DNA of 64,000 bases from Candidatus Binatia bacterium (GTDB lineage: Bacteria > Desulfobacterota > Binatia > UBA9968 > CAXXLF01): assembly GCA_963664015.2 (NCBI GenBank), contig CAXXLF010000002.1, positions 1,760,001-1,824,000 on the forward strand. The letters run 5' to 3'. Below the pieces are notes generated by a model. That model was not told the DNA's origin and searched no databases. It worked only from the letters and a program-made list of their open reading frames with translations. The position numbers were made by a program, and so were the translations under genes. Shown here piece after piece: positions 51,006-61,085 of the stretch (position 1 is its first letter; every line of letters begins with the position of its first letter).

Positions 51006-51704
51006 ATGGAGACTGAAGAGTTAAGAGAAAAAGTTGCCAGCGCGTGCAATATCCTGGCCCTGGAGGGCCATTGGGACAACATCCTGGGCCACGTTTCCGC
51101 TCGAATAACGGGGGAAGAGGCCTTCTTAATGAAGCCTCATAGTTTTGGTTTCGAGGAGATTAGGCCTCAGCATCTGATCGTTTGCAACTTTGACGGGGTG
51201 AAGATCAGGGGGGAAAATGAGCGCCACTCGGAGATTTTTATCCACTCGGAGATCTACCGGGCCCGACCCGACGTAGGTGCGGTGGTTCACAGCCACCCCC
51301 CTTACGCTGTTGCCTTTGGATCTCTACGCACGCCGCTACGACCCATCGGCCACGAAGGCTCCGTCTTTTGCGATGGCCTGCCCCTGTTCGACTATACGAC
51401 AGCGTTGATTCGGACCCCGGAACTGGGTGTTAAAGTAGCCGAGTATTTGGGAAACCATCGGGGGGTTCTGATGAAGAACCATGGATCTACGGTGGTGGGG
51501 GAATCGGTAGAGGTCGCTACGCTCTATGCGGTATTTCTAGAAAAGGCTGCACGCCTCCAGCTCCTGGCCATGGCTTCGGGCGATCCCTCTTGGAGCAGCG
51601 ACGAAGAGGCCAAGTTGAAATACGAACAGATCTATACTCCGCACCGTCTGACGTCCATGTGGGACTATTTCGTCCGGCGGGCGAAGAAATTAACGAAGGA
51701 CTGA
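51006..51704 (+). CDS. class II aldolase/adducin family protein (possible decarboxylase)
   Basis: GHVSAR, SE..IH..IY..RPD..AVVHSH and NHG Zn ligands. Confidence 0.88.
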   Translation: METEELREKVASACNILALEGHWDNILGHVSARITGEEAFLMKPHSFGFEEIRPQHLIVCNFDGVKIRGENERHSEIFIHSEIYRARPDVGAVVHSHPPYAVAFGSLRTPLRPIGHEGSVFCDGLPLFDYTTALIRTPELGVKVAEYLGNHRGVLMKNHGSTVVGESVEVATLYAVFLEKAARLQLLAMASGDPSWSSDEEAKLKYEQIYTPHRLTSMWDYFVRRAKKLTKD

Positions 51705-51746
51705 TTCGTAGCGGATAAGCTAATCACCGTCCGGTTGGAAGATTCA

Positions 51747-52739
51747 ATGGCTAAAAAGCTCCAACTAACCTTGGCCACGGGTGACTACGAAATTGTCCGG
51801 GCCCTCAAAGAGGGAGTTGTTCAGCCCGATGGGATTGAACTCACGGTCCTCACTGGAATGGACTCACCCACGCGCCATTGGCGTATGGCGCGGAACCGTG
51901 AATTTGATATCTGTGAATTTTCCTTCTCCATCTTTCTCTTGGGCAGAGAGAGAACAGCCGACCTGACAGCGATCCCGGTGTTTCTCCATCGGAGATTCCG
52001 CCACGGGTTTGTCTATATCAACTCGCAAAAAGGAATCCAACAACCCACCGATTTGATCGGCCGGAATGTGGGGCTAAAGAATTTCCAAGCGACGGCCCTG
52101 GTCTGGATTCGAGGAATCTTGGAAGACGAATACGATGTACCGCACAGAAAGATTTTTTGGAAGGCGGAAAGGGAGGAAGACGTGCCCTTTACATCGCCTC
52201 CAGGTTTGAGTCTCGAGCGTATCCCAGTAGGGAAGAGAGTCGAAAATATGCTGGCCGAGGGTGAGTTGGATGCCGTCATCCATCCGGATATTATCGGTCC
52301 GATTCTAGACGGGGACCCCAGGGTCAGGCGCCTGTTTGGAAATCATAAAGAACTCGAGATGGCCTATTACCGGAAGACCGGTTTCTTTCCCATCATGCAC
52401 ACGACAGTGATTAAACAGGAGATCGTCGATCGTTACCCATGGGTTCCCATGAACCTTCAGGTGGCCTTTGAGCGTTCCAAGCAAATCGCTTATGGGCAAA
52501 TGGAGAATCCTCGAAAAGTGCCCCTGGCCTGGTTTCGGGAGGCCCAAGAAGAGCAGGAAGCTGCCCTGGGCAAAGACCCCTGGATTTATGGTCTTGGCGA
52601 AACTAATCGGAAAAACCTTGGTGCGCTGATTCGGTACTCCCATCACCAGGGGATGATCTCCAGAGAATACTCGGTGGATGAATTGTTCGACAAAACCACT
52701 TGGGGCGAGGAGTGGAAGCTTCCCGTGGGGCGGGGATAA
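51747..52739 (+). CDS. 4,5-dihydroxyphthalate decarboxylase-like (PBP-fold) protein, copy 1
   Basis: L.LA.GDY, FD.CE.S, A.PVF..R.FRH, W.RG.L, GE.DA, FPIMH and DPW.YG. Confidence 0.8.
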   Translation: MAKKLQLTLATGDYEIVRALKEGVVQPDGIELTVLTGMDSPTRHWRMARNREFDICEFSFSIFLLGRERTADLTAIPVFLHRRFRHGFVYINSQKGIQQPTDLIGRNVGLKNFQATALVWIRGILEDEYDVPHRKIFWKAEREEDVPFTSPPGLSLERIPVGKRVENMLAEGELDAVIHPDIIGPILDGDPRVRRLFGNHKELEMAYYRKTGFFPIMHTTVIKQEIVDRYPWVPMNLQVAFERSKQIAYGQMENPRKVPLAWFREAQEEQEAALGKDPWIYGLGETNRKNLGALIRYSHHQGMISREYSVDELFDKTTWGEEWKLPVGRG

Positions 52740-52842
52740 GATCAGGCGCCACGTTTCTGGCGAACACTTTTCGGAAACTTTTCATGCTTCGACCCATGGG
52801 TTGGTGGTCTAAGATGCTCACGCACACAGGGGGAGAGGTTTT

Positions 52843-53835
52843 ATGTCCGAGAAACTCCGCCTCACTTTAGCAACAGGCGACTATGAGATCGTTCGCGCCG
52901 TCAAAGAAGGGAGTGTTGAGCCTGACGGCATCCAGTTGACCCACCTCACTGACATGGACTCGGGGACGCGGCATGACCGGATGGTGCGCAACCGGGAATT
53001 TGATATTTGCGAGCTGTCCGGTTCTTCGACGCTGATGGCAAAGGACCGCGGCTACGACTTGGTTGCGATCCCCGTGTTCCTCCACCGGCGTTTTCGCCAC
53101 GGGTTTATCTTTATCAACTCAAACAAGGGGATCAAGAAGCCCACGGACCTGATCGGGCGGAAGATCGGGCTCGGTACCTATCAGAGCTCCGCGCTCCTCT
53201 GGATCCGGGGAATCCTGGAAGACGAGTTCCAGGTCCCGCATAAGAAGATCCACTGGAAAGTGCAAAACGAGGAGGAACTGCCTTTCACACCGCCCCAGGA
53301 TCTAGACCTCCAGAGAACACCTGGGGGCAAAAACGTGGAATTCATGCTTGCCGAGGGTGAGCTGGACGCCGTCATTGCTCCTAATCCCGTCGCGCCTTAT
53401 GTCCATAAGGACCCGAGGGTCAAACGCCTTTTCGAGAACTATCAGGAGTTGGAGGTCGATTATTACCGGCGAACCGAGATCTTTCCCATCATGCATATCA
53501 TGGTGATTAAGGAGGAGATTGTAAAAAAGTATCCGTGGGTTCCACTGAGCTTGTTGGTGGCATTTGAGCGGGCCAAGACGGTTGCCTATAGAAATATGAG
53601 GAATCCCCGCAGAGTTCCTCTGGCCTGGTTTCAGTATACACAGGAAAGACAGGAGGAGCTCATGGGGCCCGATCCCTGGGCCTACGGCGTCAATGACGCC
53701 AATCGGAAGGTCGTCGGAACTATGATTCGGTATGGCTATGGACAGGGTATCATCTCACGAGAACTATCGGTGGATGATCTGTTTCATGAATCGACCTTGG
53801 GCGAAGAGTGGAAAATTCCCACCTCCCGGGGGTGA
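52843..53835 (+). CDS. 4,5-dihydroxyphthalate decarboxylase-like (PBP-fold) protein, copy 2
   Basis: Same motifs as copy 1; tandem paralog. Confidence 0.8.
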   Translation: MSEKLRLTLATGDYEIVRAVKEGSVEPDGIQLTHLTDMDSGTRHDRMVRNREFDICELSGSSTLMAKDRGYDLVAIPVFLHRRFRHGFIFINSNKGIKKPTDLIGRKIGLGTYQSSALLWIRGILEDEFQVPHKKIHWKVQNEEELPFTPPQDLDLQRTPGGKNVEFMLAEGELDAVIAPNPVAPYVHKDPRVKRLFENYQELEVDYYRRTEIFPIMHIMVIKEEIVKKYPWVPLSLLVAFERAKTVAYRNMRNPRRVPLAWFQYTQERQEELMGPDPWAYGVNDANRKVVGTMIRYGYGQGIISRELSVDDLFHESTLGEEWKIPTSRG

Positions 53836-53928
53836 AGGACCACTGCTATTCTCAGCTTCAGGGGATTTGAGTTCCCAAGGTTAAATCCAGTTTGTGCGTA
53901 TTTAGATTTTTTCCCTATCTCTGCAGGG

Positions 53929-54984
53929 CTACGAGCCCATCGGGAGGGAAACCATAGCCTGGCCGTGTGCGGCTTCCGCGCGAGGATTCTGGACCGAAAT
54001 CTCCAGGTGGACCCGACCTTGGTTGTCGACCACCTCTTTGTTCACCACCCTGGCGCTGCAGGTCAATGTGTCTCCCGGGTGGCTACTCTTCACCATGCGA
54101 AAGGGGCCGAGCTTTCTGAGCCGCCCGTCCAGCCCAATCCACCGGCGCAGTGTAATTTCCAAAACCATTTCATAGCCCCGGGTGTTGAAAATAATATCAT
54201 CAAGGCCGCCGGCACGGGCGGCGTCGCGGTTGTGATGGTTGGAGCCCCACATGCGATCAACGGCGACGCTCATCACGATCCGCTGGTAGTTAAACCAGAT
54301 GCTGTAGGGTGGGACCTGATCCCCGACGTTCACGTCTTGAAAGGTGATTTGCCGGTCCCAATCGACGGGTGCGTTGTTTTTCTCCGATCCCAGCTCGTTG
54401 TGTGTCCCCTGCTCTTGCGCCGCCGATTTGCGAGCGTCGGGGCCCTTGGGGTGTGGATTGTACCGGTATCCTGTATTGCGTTGGGTGGATACCAACTCAC
54501 CGGTCTGTTTGGTCAATCTGGTCTCAGAGGTCAAAAATACCCCGTCACCCAGGCGGGTCCGCTTGGGATTAATCTCGACGAGCTTCGCCGTGCCGCGCAA
54601 CCGGTCGCCCGGATAGAGTGGCTCGAAGTGCTCCACCTCGGCGGCACCGTTGAATCCCTTGGAAAAAGGTGTCGGGATGTCCAGCCGGAAGCTGCCGTTT
54701 TTCTCGCGTAGGTTTGGGGCGAAGATCGAGGGCTCACCGGGGGACCAATACGGAGGCATGGCCCACAGTGGCGTCATGGCCGCCGGAGCGATGATGGTGC
54801 GGTACCCGTGGGCCCGGGCCACGGCCTCGTCATAGTGCAGCGGACAGTCGAAGCAGTACACCTCGAGCTTGCGCCGGATGTCGTTCCAGCTAACCTCGTC
54901 AACTCCCTCATAGTTCGACTCTCGCCCCAGCCACTTCCGGGTTTCTTCCAACAAGTCGCTCTCGGGGCCGGGTTCATGATCCAT
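53929..54984 (-). CDS. double hot-dog MaoC-type acyl-CoA dehydratase
   Basis: N-terminal MaoC_dehydrat_N-like (PL.YDE..A...G....IAP, PGD.L) and C-terminal D....HH...AR..GL, PGDTL. Confidence 0.8.
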   Translation of the reverse strand: MDHEPGPESDLLEETRKWLGRESNYEGVDEVSWNDIRRKLEVYCFDCPLHYDEAVARAHGYRTIIAPAAMTPLWAMPPYWSPGEPSIFAPNLREKNGSFRLDIPTPFSKGFNGAAEVEHFEPLYPGDRLRGTAKLVEINPKRTRLGDGVFLTSETRLTKQTGELVSTQRNTGYRYNPHPKGPDARKSAAQEQGTHNELGSEKNNAPVDWDRQITFQDVNVGDQVPPYSIWFNYQRIVMSVAVDRMWGSNHHNRDAARAGGLDDIIFNTRGYEMVLEITLRRWIGLDGRLRKLGPFRMVKSSHPGDTLTCSARVVNKEVVDNQGRVHLEISVQNPRAEAAHGQAMVSLPMGS

Positions 54985-55136
54985 TATGCGGCTTCCTAGC
55001 CGTTGCCTCTGACGTCGGCCGTTAGCATATTCACTTCATTCCCTGGATTCAACCCATCGTTGCCCGGAGATAGGGGCAGGGTCATTGTTTTCCGACCTTT
55101 CTTTTCCCAAGCGGTCCGCGGTGCTATTGTAACCCC

Positions 55137-55907
55137 ATGCCCTTTTCGGAACTTCCCGGGGTACGTCTCTGGTATAACGACACGGGTGGCAGCGGCGCTC
55201 CCGTGGTGTTCATGCACGCGTTTACGGGAAACAGCGAGAGCTGGGAGCACCAGCTGCCCGAATTTGTTGGAGCAGGTTACCGCTGCGTCACGTACGACCG
55301 CAGGGGGTGGGGTCGTACGGAGCTTGATCCCAACGGAGAACAGCCGGGCTATATCACTGACGACCTGCAGGGTATCGTAGAGTATTTGGGACTGCCTAGG
55401 TTCCATTTGGTTGGGACTGCAGGCGGTGCCTATGGCAGTATCGATTACGCTCTCACTTACCCGGCAAGGCTCAGGTGCCTGGTGGTTGCTTGTAGCGGTG
55501 GGGGGATCCAGGACGCAGAGTACCAGGAAACGACGCGAAGAAACCGTCCCCCAAACTTTCAAGAGTTGCCAGCGGAACAGCGTGAGGTGAGCCCCTCTTA
55601 CCGGGCGGTAAGCCCCGACGGTTCCCGCCGCTGGATCGACATCGAGCACGAAAGCCGGCAGGAGCCCCGGGTCGAGCAGCGGATGCGAAACCAGGTCACC
55701 TTCCCGCTGCTTGAGACCTTGCGGGTTCCCACACTCCTCGTTGCCGGTGAGGCCGACCTCTTGGCACCCCCGCCGCGAATGCGACATCTAGTGGACCGGA
55801 TTCCCGGTTGCCAGTTTGCAACCCTACCGGAGGCCGGGCACGCTGCCTTTTGGGAGCAACCGGAGGCCTGGAACCGAATTGTCTTGGACTTTTTGCGCGG
55901 CCACTAA
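55137..55907 (+). CDS. alpha/beta hydrolase
   Basis: YDRRGWG, LVGTAGG, G..D and AGH...WEQP. Confidence 0.85.
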   Translation: MPFSELPGVRLWYNDTGGSGAPVVFMHAFTGNSESWEHQLPEFVGAGYRCVTYDRRGWGRTELDPNGEQPGYITDDLQGIVEYLGLPRFHLVGTAGGAYGSIDYALTYPARLRCLVVACSGGGIQDAEYQETTRRNRPPNFQELPAEQREVSPSYRAVSPDGSRRWIDIEHESRQEPRVEQRMRNQVTFPLLETLRVPTLLVAGEADLLAPPPRMRHLVDRIPGCQFATLPEAGHAAFWEQPEAWNRIVLDFLRGH

Positions 55908-56172
55908 GCTGTGCAGAAACAAATGGTTGTCTTCGTCCGTCCTGCCACATGGGGATTCCCCCGGTGGTGAGGAATGTTTACCCTCATTAGTCGCGGATTA
56001 TCCTGGCGGTAGGACACAATAAGCTCAAGGACCAAGGTATTTTCAGTAAAATTCGGCGATCCGTTGAATGACGGTCTCTTGTTGCCCGGGGGTTAATTCG
56101 GGATACATGGGAAGGGTGACTGGACAGAGAGCTGAAGAACTGGGTAGGTTTAATCGACTTGGAGGAAACAAC

Positions 56173-57012
56173 ATGACCTTGATCACCTATAATCACGTTC
56201 CTATTCCTTCTTTTATGTATGGCACGGCTTGGAAAGAAGAGGCGACTACTGAACTGGTGCAATTAGCAGTAGAGTCAGGCTTCACGGCCATCGACACGGC
56301 CAATCAACCGATCCATTACCAGGAAGCGCTGGTAGGCGAAGCCTTACAGTTACTTGAAAAGAAAGGAATTAAGCGAAATACCCTGTTTCTCCAAACCAAG
56401 TTTACCCCGGTCGGAGGCCAAGGGCATCAACCACCCTACAATGCCTCGGCTGACCTCACCACCCAAATTAGACAGTCTTTTGATAGCTCGTTGACGCACC
56501 TATGTACCGAGTATGTGGACTCCTATGTTTTACACTCGCCCCTTTCGCGGGGAGGGTTGGGGGAAGCGGATTGGGAGGTGTGGGCGGCTATGGAAGGGCT
56601 CTATCAATCAGGGAAAACCAAAATGATTGGCATCAGCAATCTCACGGCTGGACAACTCAGACAGCTGTGTGAACACGCCAACCATAAACCCATGGTTGCG
56701 CAAAACAGGTGTTTTGCTGCACTCGGATGGGACAAAGAGGTTAGGGATATTTGCCAAGCCCATGGCATCATCTATCAAGGCTTTTCGCTGTTAACTGCCA
56801 ATAGAGAAGTCCTTGCTGATCCAAAAATTCAAACAATCGCCAAACGATTAGATACGGGTTCCCCACAGATCATCTTTCAGTTTGCCATGCAGATTGGGAT
56901 GCTCCCGTTGACCGGAACCACGAGCCCACAACATATGAAAGAAGACCTACTAGTGGACCAGTACACACTCTCCAGCGAGGAAATCCAACAGATTGAAACG
57001 ATCGCACTGTAA
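56173..57012 (+). CDS. aldo/keto reductase
   Basis: YGTAWK, IDTA....HY.E, QTKF, D.Y.LH and IG.SN; SD GGAGG. Confidence 0.9.
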   Translation: MTLITYNHVPIPSFMYGTAWKEEATTELVQLAVESGFTAIDTANQPIHYQEALVGEALQLLEKKGIKRNTLFLQTKFTPVGGQGHQPPYNASADLTTQIRQSFDSSLTHLCTEYVDSYVLHSPLSRGGLGEADWEVWAAMEGLYQSGKTKMIGISNLTAGQLRQLCEHANHKPMVAQNRCFAALGWDKEVRDICQAHGIIYQGFSLLTANREVLADPKIQTIAKRLDTGSPQIIFQFAMQIGMLPLTGTTSPQHMKEDLLVDQYTLSSEEIQQIETIAL

Positions 57013-57163
57013 ATAGAACACCCTGGAGTAATTGGCGTTACGGAACTATTTTGAATGTGAATTCGGGAATAAAGGTTATGTCTACGTTGGTTCGTTAAAA
57101 AAACGAAAATTCGGTTCGGTCCGGACGAAACCCCGTGGTAGGTGTACCGGTTTTGAGGACCAC

Positions 57164-58375
57164 CTATTCCCGGTAAAACTCAGCAATTCTTTGAACTACA
57201 ATTCCTTGCTGGTCTGCAGTGAGTTCCGGATACATGGGGATAGCCAGGGCCTGTGTGCACAGTAGCTCGGCATTGGGGAAATCCCCCTTTCGGTAACCCA
57301 GATCGGCGAAGCATGGCTGGAGGTGTAACGGTAGGGGATAGTAGATTAGAGTCTGTATCCCGTGTTTATCAAGGTGAGCCTTCAAATCGTCTCGCTGCTC
57401 CGCGCGGATAACGTAGTAATTGAAAACATGGGACCGCCCCGAGCTGGGGGGAGGTGGGATCACCATGCGGTTCTTCACGAGGTCAGTTGCTGTCAAGAGA
57501 CGATGATAGAGGTCGGCCCGTTGGATTCTCTCATCACACCATTGCTCCAAGTAGCGTAGCTTGACCGTTAACACCGCTGCCTGGACGACGTCCAGTCGCG
57601 AGTTGATTCCGATTGTTTCATGGTGGTATTTGCTTCCCTGTCCATGCACCCGGAGCATTCTAATCCTTTCAGCTAAGGCGGGGTGATTCGTCGCCACGAG
57701 CCCGCCGTCGCCGATGCCGCCCAGCATCTTGGTCGGAAAGAAAGAAAAGCAACCTAGGTCTCCCACGGTCCCTGCCCATTGCACTCCATCGCCATCGAGT
57801 TGCACATGGCTTCCAAGAGCCTGGGCTACATCCTCCACTACGTGGATTTCGTGACTCTTGGCAAGGGAGAGCAGTGGTGCCATGGTGCAGCTTTGACCGA
57901 AGAGATGAACGGGCAAGATGACCTTGATATGGGTTCGTTTACTCGGGCTCGGCCTTCTTGTCTTGGACCGTCGCCGGTCGGGGGCTTCTAGCAGAGCCTC
58001 GACCTCATGTGTATCGATCAATCCGTTCTCGAATTCGATGTCCGCAAAGATGGGAACGGCCCCCACTCGGGTGGCGCAGGCCACAGAGGAGAAAAAGGTG
58101 AAGGGGGGAACTATGACTCCGTCCCCGGGTCCGACGCCGAGGGCCATGAGAGACAGCAGGAGGGCATCGGTTCCAGAGGCGACGCCAACGGCAGCGTCGC
58201 ATTTCAAGTAGTCGGTGACCGCTTTCTCAAAACGTTGAACCACGGGGCCAAGAATAAAGGCCTGGTGGTCCAAGACCTCCGTCACGGCTTGCCTGATTTC
58301 CGCCCCGATTCTTTCGTATTGTGCGCGGAGATCTAAAAAAGGAACTCTATGCGAGGACTCGTTAGATGTTGTCAT
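57164..58375 (-). CDS. DegT/DnrJ/EryC1/StrS aminotransferase
   Basis: SGTDAL, PVHLFGQ, ED.AQA.G, SFFPTK.LG..GDGG, NSRLD..QA and YYP.PLH.Q. Confidence 0.93.
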   Translation of the reverse strand: MTTSNESSHRVPFLDLRAQYERIGAEIRQAVTEVLDHQAFILGPVVQRFEKAVTDYLKCDAAVGVASGTDALLLSLMALGVGPGDGVIVPPFTFFSSVACATRVGAVPIFADIEFENGLIDTHEVEALLEAPDRRRSKTRRPSPSKRTHIKVILPVHLFGQSCTMAPLLSLAKSHEIHVVEDVAQALGSHVQLDGDGVQWAGTVGDLGCFSFFPTKMLGGIGDGGLVATNHPALAERIRMLRVHGQGSKYHHETIGINSRLDVVQAAVLTVKLRYLEQWCDERIQRADLYHRLLTATDLVKNRMVIPPPPSSGRSHVFNYYVIRAEQRDDLKAHLDKHGIQTLIYYPLPLHLQPCFADLGYRKGDFPNAELLCTQALAIPMYPELTADQQGIVVQRIAEFYRE

Positions 58376-58405
58376 GAAGGTTGCAGCGGAGACGGATAGC
58401 TACCG

Positions 58406-59842
58406 TTATTGAGCGGCTTGACCGCTCGTCCTTTCTTTTAAGGTCCTCTCGGCTGTTTCGGAGAGTACCAGGTCGTTCTCGTGGTCGAGGGCGAAAACCC
58501 GGAACTGAACCACTTTCGATGGAATAAATTCGAACAGGTCAGCAAGGGATTCTTTGGCGATTTCTCGGGTGGTGGGGTCGAAGATGTAAATCTGCTTCTT
58601 TCCCATGGCAAAGGGACTTTCGGGTCTTGGGTCCTGTGTTGCCAAGTCGACGCGGAAGACGAGATCCCGGAGGGTATCCGGGAGGGCGTCACGAATGAGT
58701 TGAGTCCAGTCGGTTTGTTCCACAAGGCTCGATTCACCACCGAGTTCGTTCAGCGATAAGGTCCGTTCAAAGGCCATCTTCCATTTGACGTCACGGTCCA
58801 GGATTCTCCCCCATTCTAGAGCCAACTCCCTACGGCTGCTGTTATCCCTGCGCCAGCGGGAGACCTCTTCTAACAAGGACCAATCGGTAAGGAAGAGGTA
58901 TTGGTTCATGTGTTCCAACGGATTCCCGGGAAAAATCTTGTGGATCGTTTCCGAGAAGATCTCTCGCAGGTGGAGATCGATGGCACGGGTGGTTCGGTGG
59001 TAGTAGACATTGGTGTAAAGATAGAGCCGAGCGTTCAGAAACATCGTCAGGGCGGCGTTGCCTGCCCGGTGGAGGGTGAACCCTTTGGGAGACAGGAAGG
59101 TGTAATGAATCAGTCGCTCGCGGTCAATGGGCCCCACGGCGATCCCGCACATGTATGAATCGCGGAAAACATAATCAAGGTTGTCGAAGGTATAAATACC
59201 GTTGGTGAGAGGTTCGAGGAGTCGGAGCCACCTGGGTTTGGTTTTATCCTCCTTACCGCTTTTTTTGATCGGGAAGGCGATCTCCTCGGGGTTGAGTTGT
59301 TCCCCAGGAGCAAAGGGGCCGCTGGGACTACGGCGCAGTTCACCTATGAGGTCACCAAGCTTGTCCCGGATAATCGCCTGGCTGATATCCTCGTGAATAA
59401 TATGGAAGTCTTCGAGAAAATTGTGATCGAAGAAATGGCCAAAGGGACCATGGCCGACGTCGTGTAGAAGCCCCGTGATGCGAAGATATTCCTCTATGAA
59501 TGGAGCCGAAGGGCACTCGTCTCCAAGGAGGCCTTTGAGCGAGGGGTAGAGACTTTTGGCGAACTCTCCTGCCAGGTGCATCGCTCCCAGAGAATGCTGG
59601 AACCGGCTATGCTCAGCCGAGGGATAAACCCAGCGGGCGCTTTGCAACTGGTTGATACCACGGAGCCTTTGTACCCAGGGAGAATCAATGATCTGTTTTT
59701 CTGTAGTCTCGCCTTTTTTTTGCGGTACCGTAAACTGGATATAACGATGGATTGGGTCAGCGAAGAGGGCTGTTTCCTCATACTTCTGATCCAGACCAGA
59801 ATCAGACTTCCTTAGATCTCGAATGTTGCCTGTCCTGTCCAT
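58406..59842 (-). CDS. HD-domain phosphohydrolase (dNTP triphosphohydrolase/SAMHD1-like)
   Basis: DPIH.YI, QRLR.I.QL, HSRF.HSLG, LLHDVGHGPF.H, D..DY..RD and VYYH. Confidence 0.9.
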   Translation of the reverse strand: MDRTGNIRDLRKSDSGLDQKYEETALFADPIHRYIQFTVPQKKGETTEKQIIDSPWVQRLRGINQLQSARWVYPSAEHSRFQHSLGAMHLAGEFAKSLYPSLKGLLGDECPSAPFIEEYLRITGLLHDVGHGPFGHFFDHNFLEDFHIIHEDISQAIIRDKLGDLIGELRRSPSGPFAPGEQLNPEEIAFPIKKSGKEDKTKPRWLRLLEPLTNGIYTFDNLDYVFRDSYMCGIAVGPIDRERLIHYTFLSPKGFTLHRAGNAALTMFLNARLYLYTNVYYHRTTRAIDLHLREIFSETIHKIFPGNPLEHMNQYLFLTDWSLLEEVSRWRRDNSSRRELALEWGRILDRDVKWKMAFERTLSLNELGGESSLVEQTDWTQLIRDALPDTLRDLVFRVDLATQDPRPESPFAMGKKQIYIFDPTTREIAKESLADLFEFIPSKVVQFRVFALDHENDLVLSETAERTLKERTSGQAAQ

Positions 59843-60231
59843 TGATCTCCGGTCTTTCCCAAGCGGCACTGGTGAATGAGGACGCCAATGAATTCACGTC
59901 GGATTTCATGCCGGTCCGGATCGAAAGTTTCTCCACTTCCCTCGGCCCGAACGACAGAGCCATGGGTTTCTTGTACTTCGAATTCCTTGAGGATGTATCC
60001 GCTTCTCTGGAAAAGATAGAGCAGTTCCCTGATCCAGTTGGCCATCAATTCGTCATCAACTCCTTCAACCTCGACGGAGATCTTTTCTTTGACTTCAACT
60101 TTGTCCAAGTCCGTCATCAGGTCAAAGAGGGCGAAGGCTGAATTGATGAGGACCTCCGATTGTGTTTTACCGGAAACTTTAACGGCCAAGTCGGAAGAAC
60201 GTTCTACGGTCTTGTAAGTCGGACGGTTCAT
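59812..60231 (-). CDS. archease family protein
   Basis: Archease-like: D.....G, L..W..ELLY, GE.FDP.RH; canonical HTAD and KA.T.H motifs are degenerate. Confidence 0.8.
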   Translation of the reverse strand: MNRPTYKTVERSSDLAVKVSGKTQSEVLINSAFALFDLMTDLDKVEVKEKISVEVEGVDDELMANWIRELLYLFQRSGYILKEFEVQETHGSVVRAEGSGETFDPDRHEIRREFIGVLIHQCRLGKTGDQWTGQATFEI

Positions 60232-60272
60232 CGTGGTACCCTCTCAGCCGAAATGATTGGTAACGTGTTTTG

Positions 60273-61025
60273 CTAATTTGTGCGATTAATCAGACTCGCA
60301 GCAAAACCGGCACCGAAACCGTTATCGATGTTGACCACCATCACTCCGGCAGCACAAGAATTCAACATTCCCAATAGGGCTGAAAGACCGTGAAAACTCG
60401 CCCCATAGCCGATACTGGTTGGAACCGCGATCACCGGTTTATCGACAAGTCCGCCAACAACACTGGGTAGGGCGCCTTCCATACCGGCAACGACGATCAG
60501 CACAGATGCGGCCAAGAGCTTTTCCCGGTTCTCCAAAAGACGGTGAATGCCCGCGACCCCGACGTCGAACAGGTGCTCTACGCGGTTGCCCATCATCTCA
60601 CCTGTGAGGGAAGCCTCTTCAGCGACGGGAATATCCGAGGTCCCCGCTGAAATCACAAGGATCTTTCCTTTTCCCTTGATCGGAATCGGCTTCCCAACCC
60701 ACGTTGCCGCACGGGCGTTGCGATGATATCGGAGACCCTTGATTTGCTTGCGTAAGGCATTCATCTTTTCGGGCGATAAGCGGGTAATGAGTACGTTGGA
60801 GCCCTGTTTTTTAAGGGATCGCGTAATCGCGGCGAGGGACTCTGCCGTCTTTGACTGACCCATGATCACCTCGGGAACCCCTTGTCGTAACGCCCGGTGA
60901 TGGTCGACCTTAGCAAATCCGAGATCCTCGTATGGCAAGTGGTTTAATCGGTTGAGTGCGCTAGCTACCGTTACCTTGCCCTTACGTACGCCGTCAAGGA
61001 GTTTCGAGAGTTTTTCAGTGTCCAT
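60273..61025 (-). CDS. larB: nickel pincer cofactor biosynthesis protein LarB
   Basis: [47 protein letters not shown] and VNIDNGFGA. Confidence 0.93.
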   Translation of the reverse strand: MDTEKLSKLLDGVRKGKVTVASALNRLNHLPYEDLGFAKVDHHRALRQGVPEVIMGQSKTAESLAAITRSLKKQGSNVLITRLSPEKMNALRKQIKGLRYHRNARAATWVGKPIPIKGKGKILVISAGTSDIPVAEEASLTGEMMGNRVEHLFDVGVAGIHRLLENREKLLAASVLIVVAGMEGALPSVVGGLVDKPVIAVPTSIGYGASFHGLSALLGMLNSCAAGVMVVNIDNGFGAGFAASLINRTN

Positions 61026-61085
61026 TTTCTATCTTCCCGTCGGTATCCTTAGGGCAGTGCCAACACGGTGATTATCAATGGGGCA

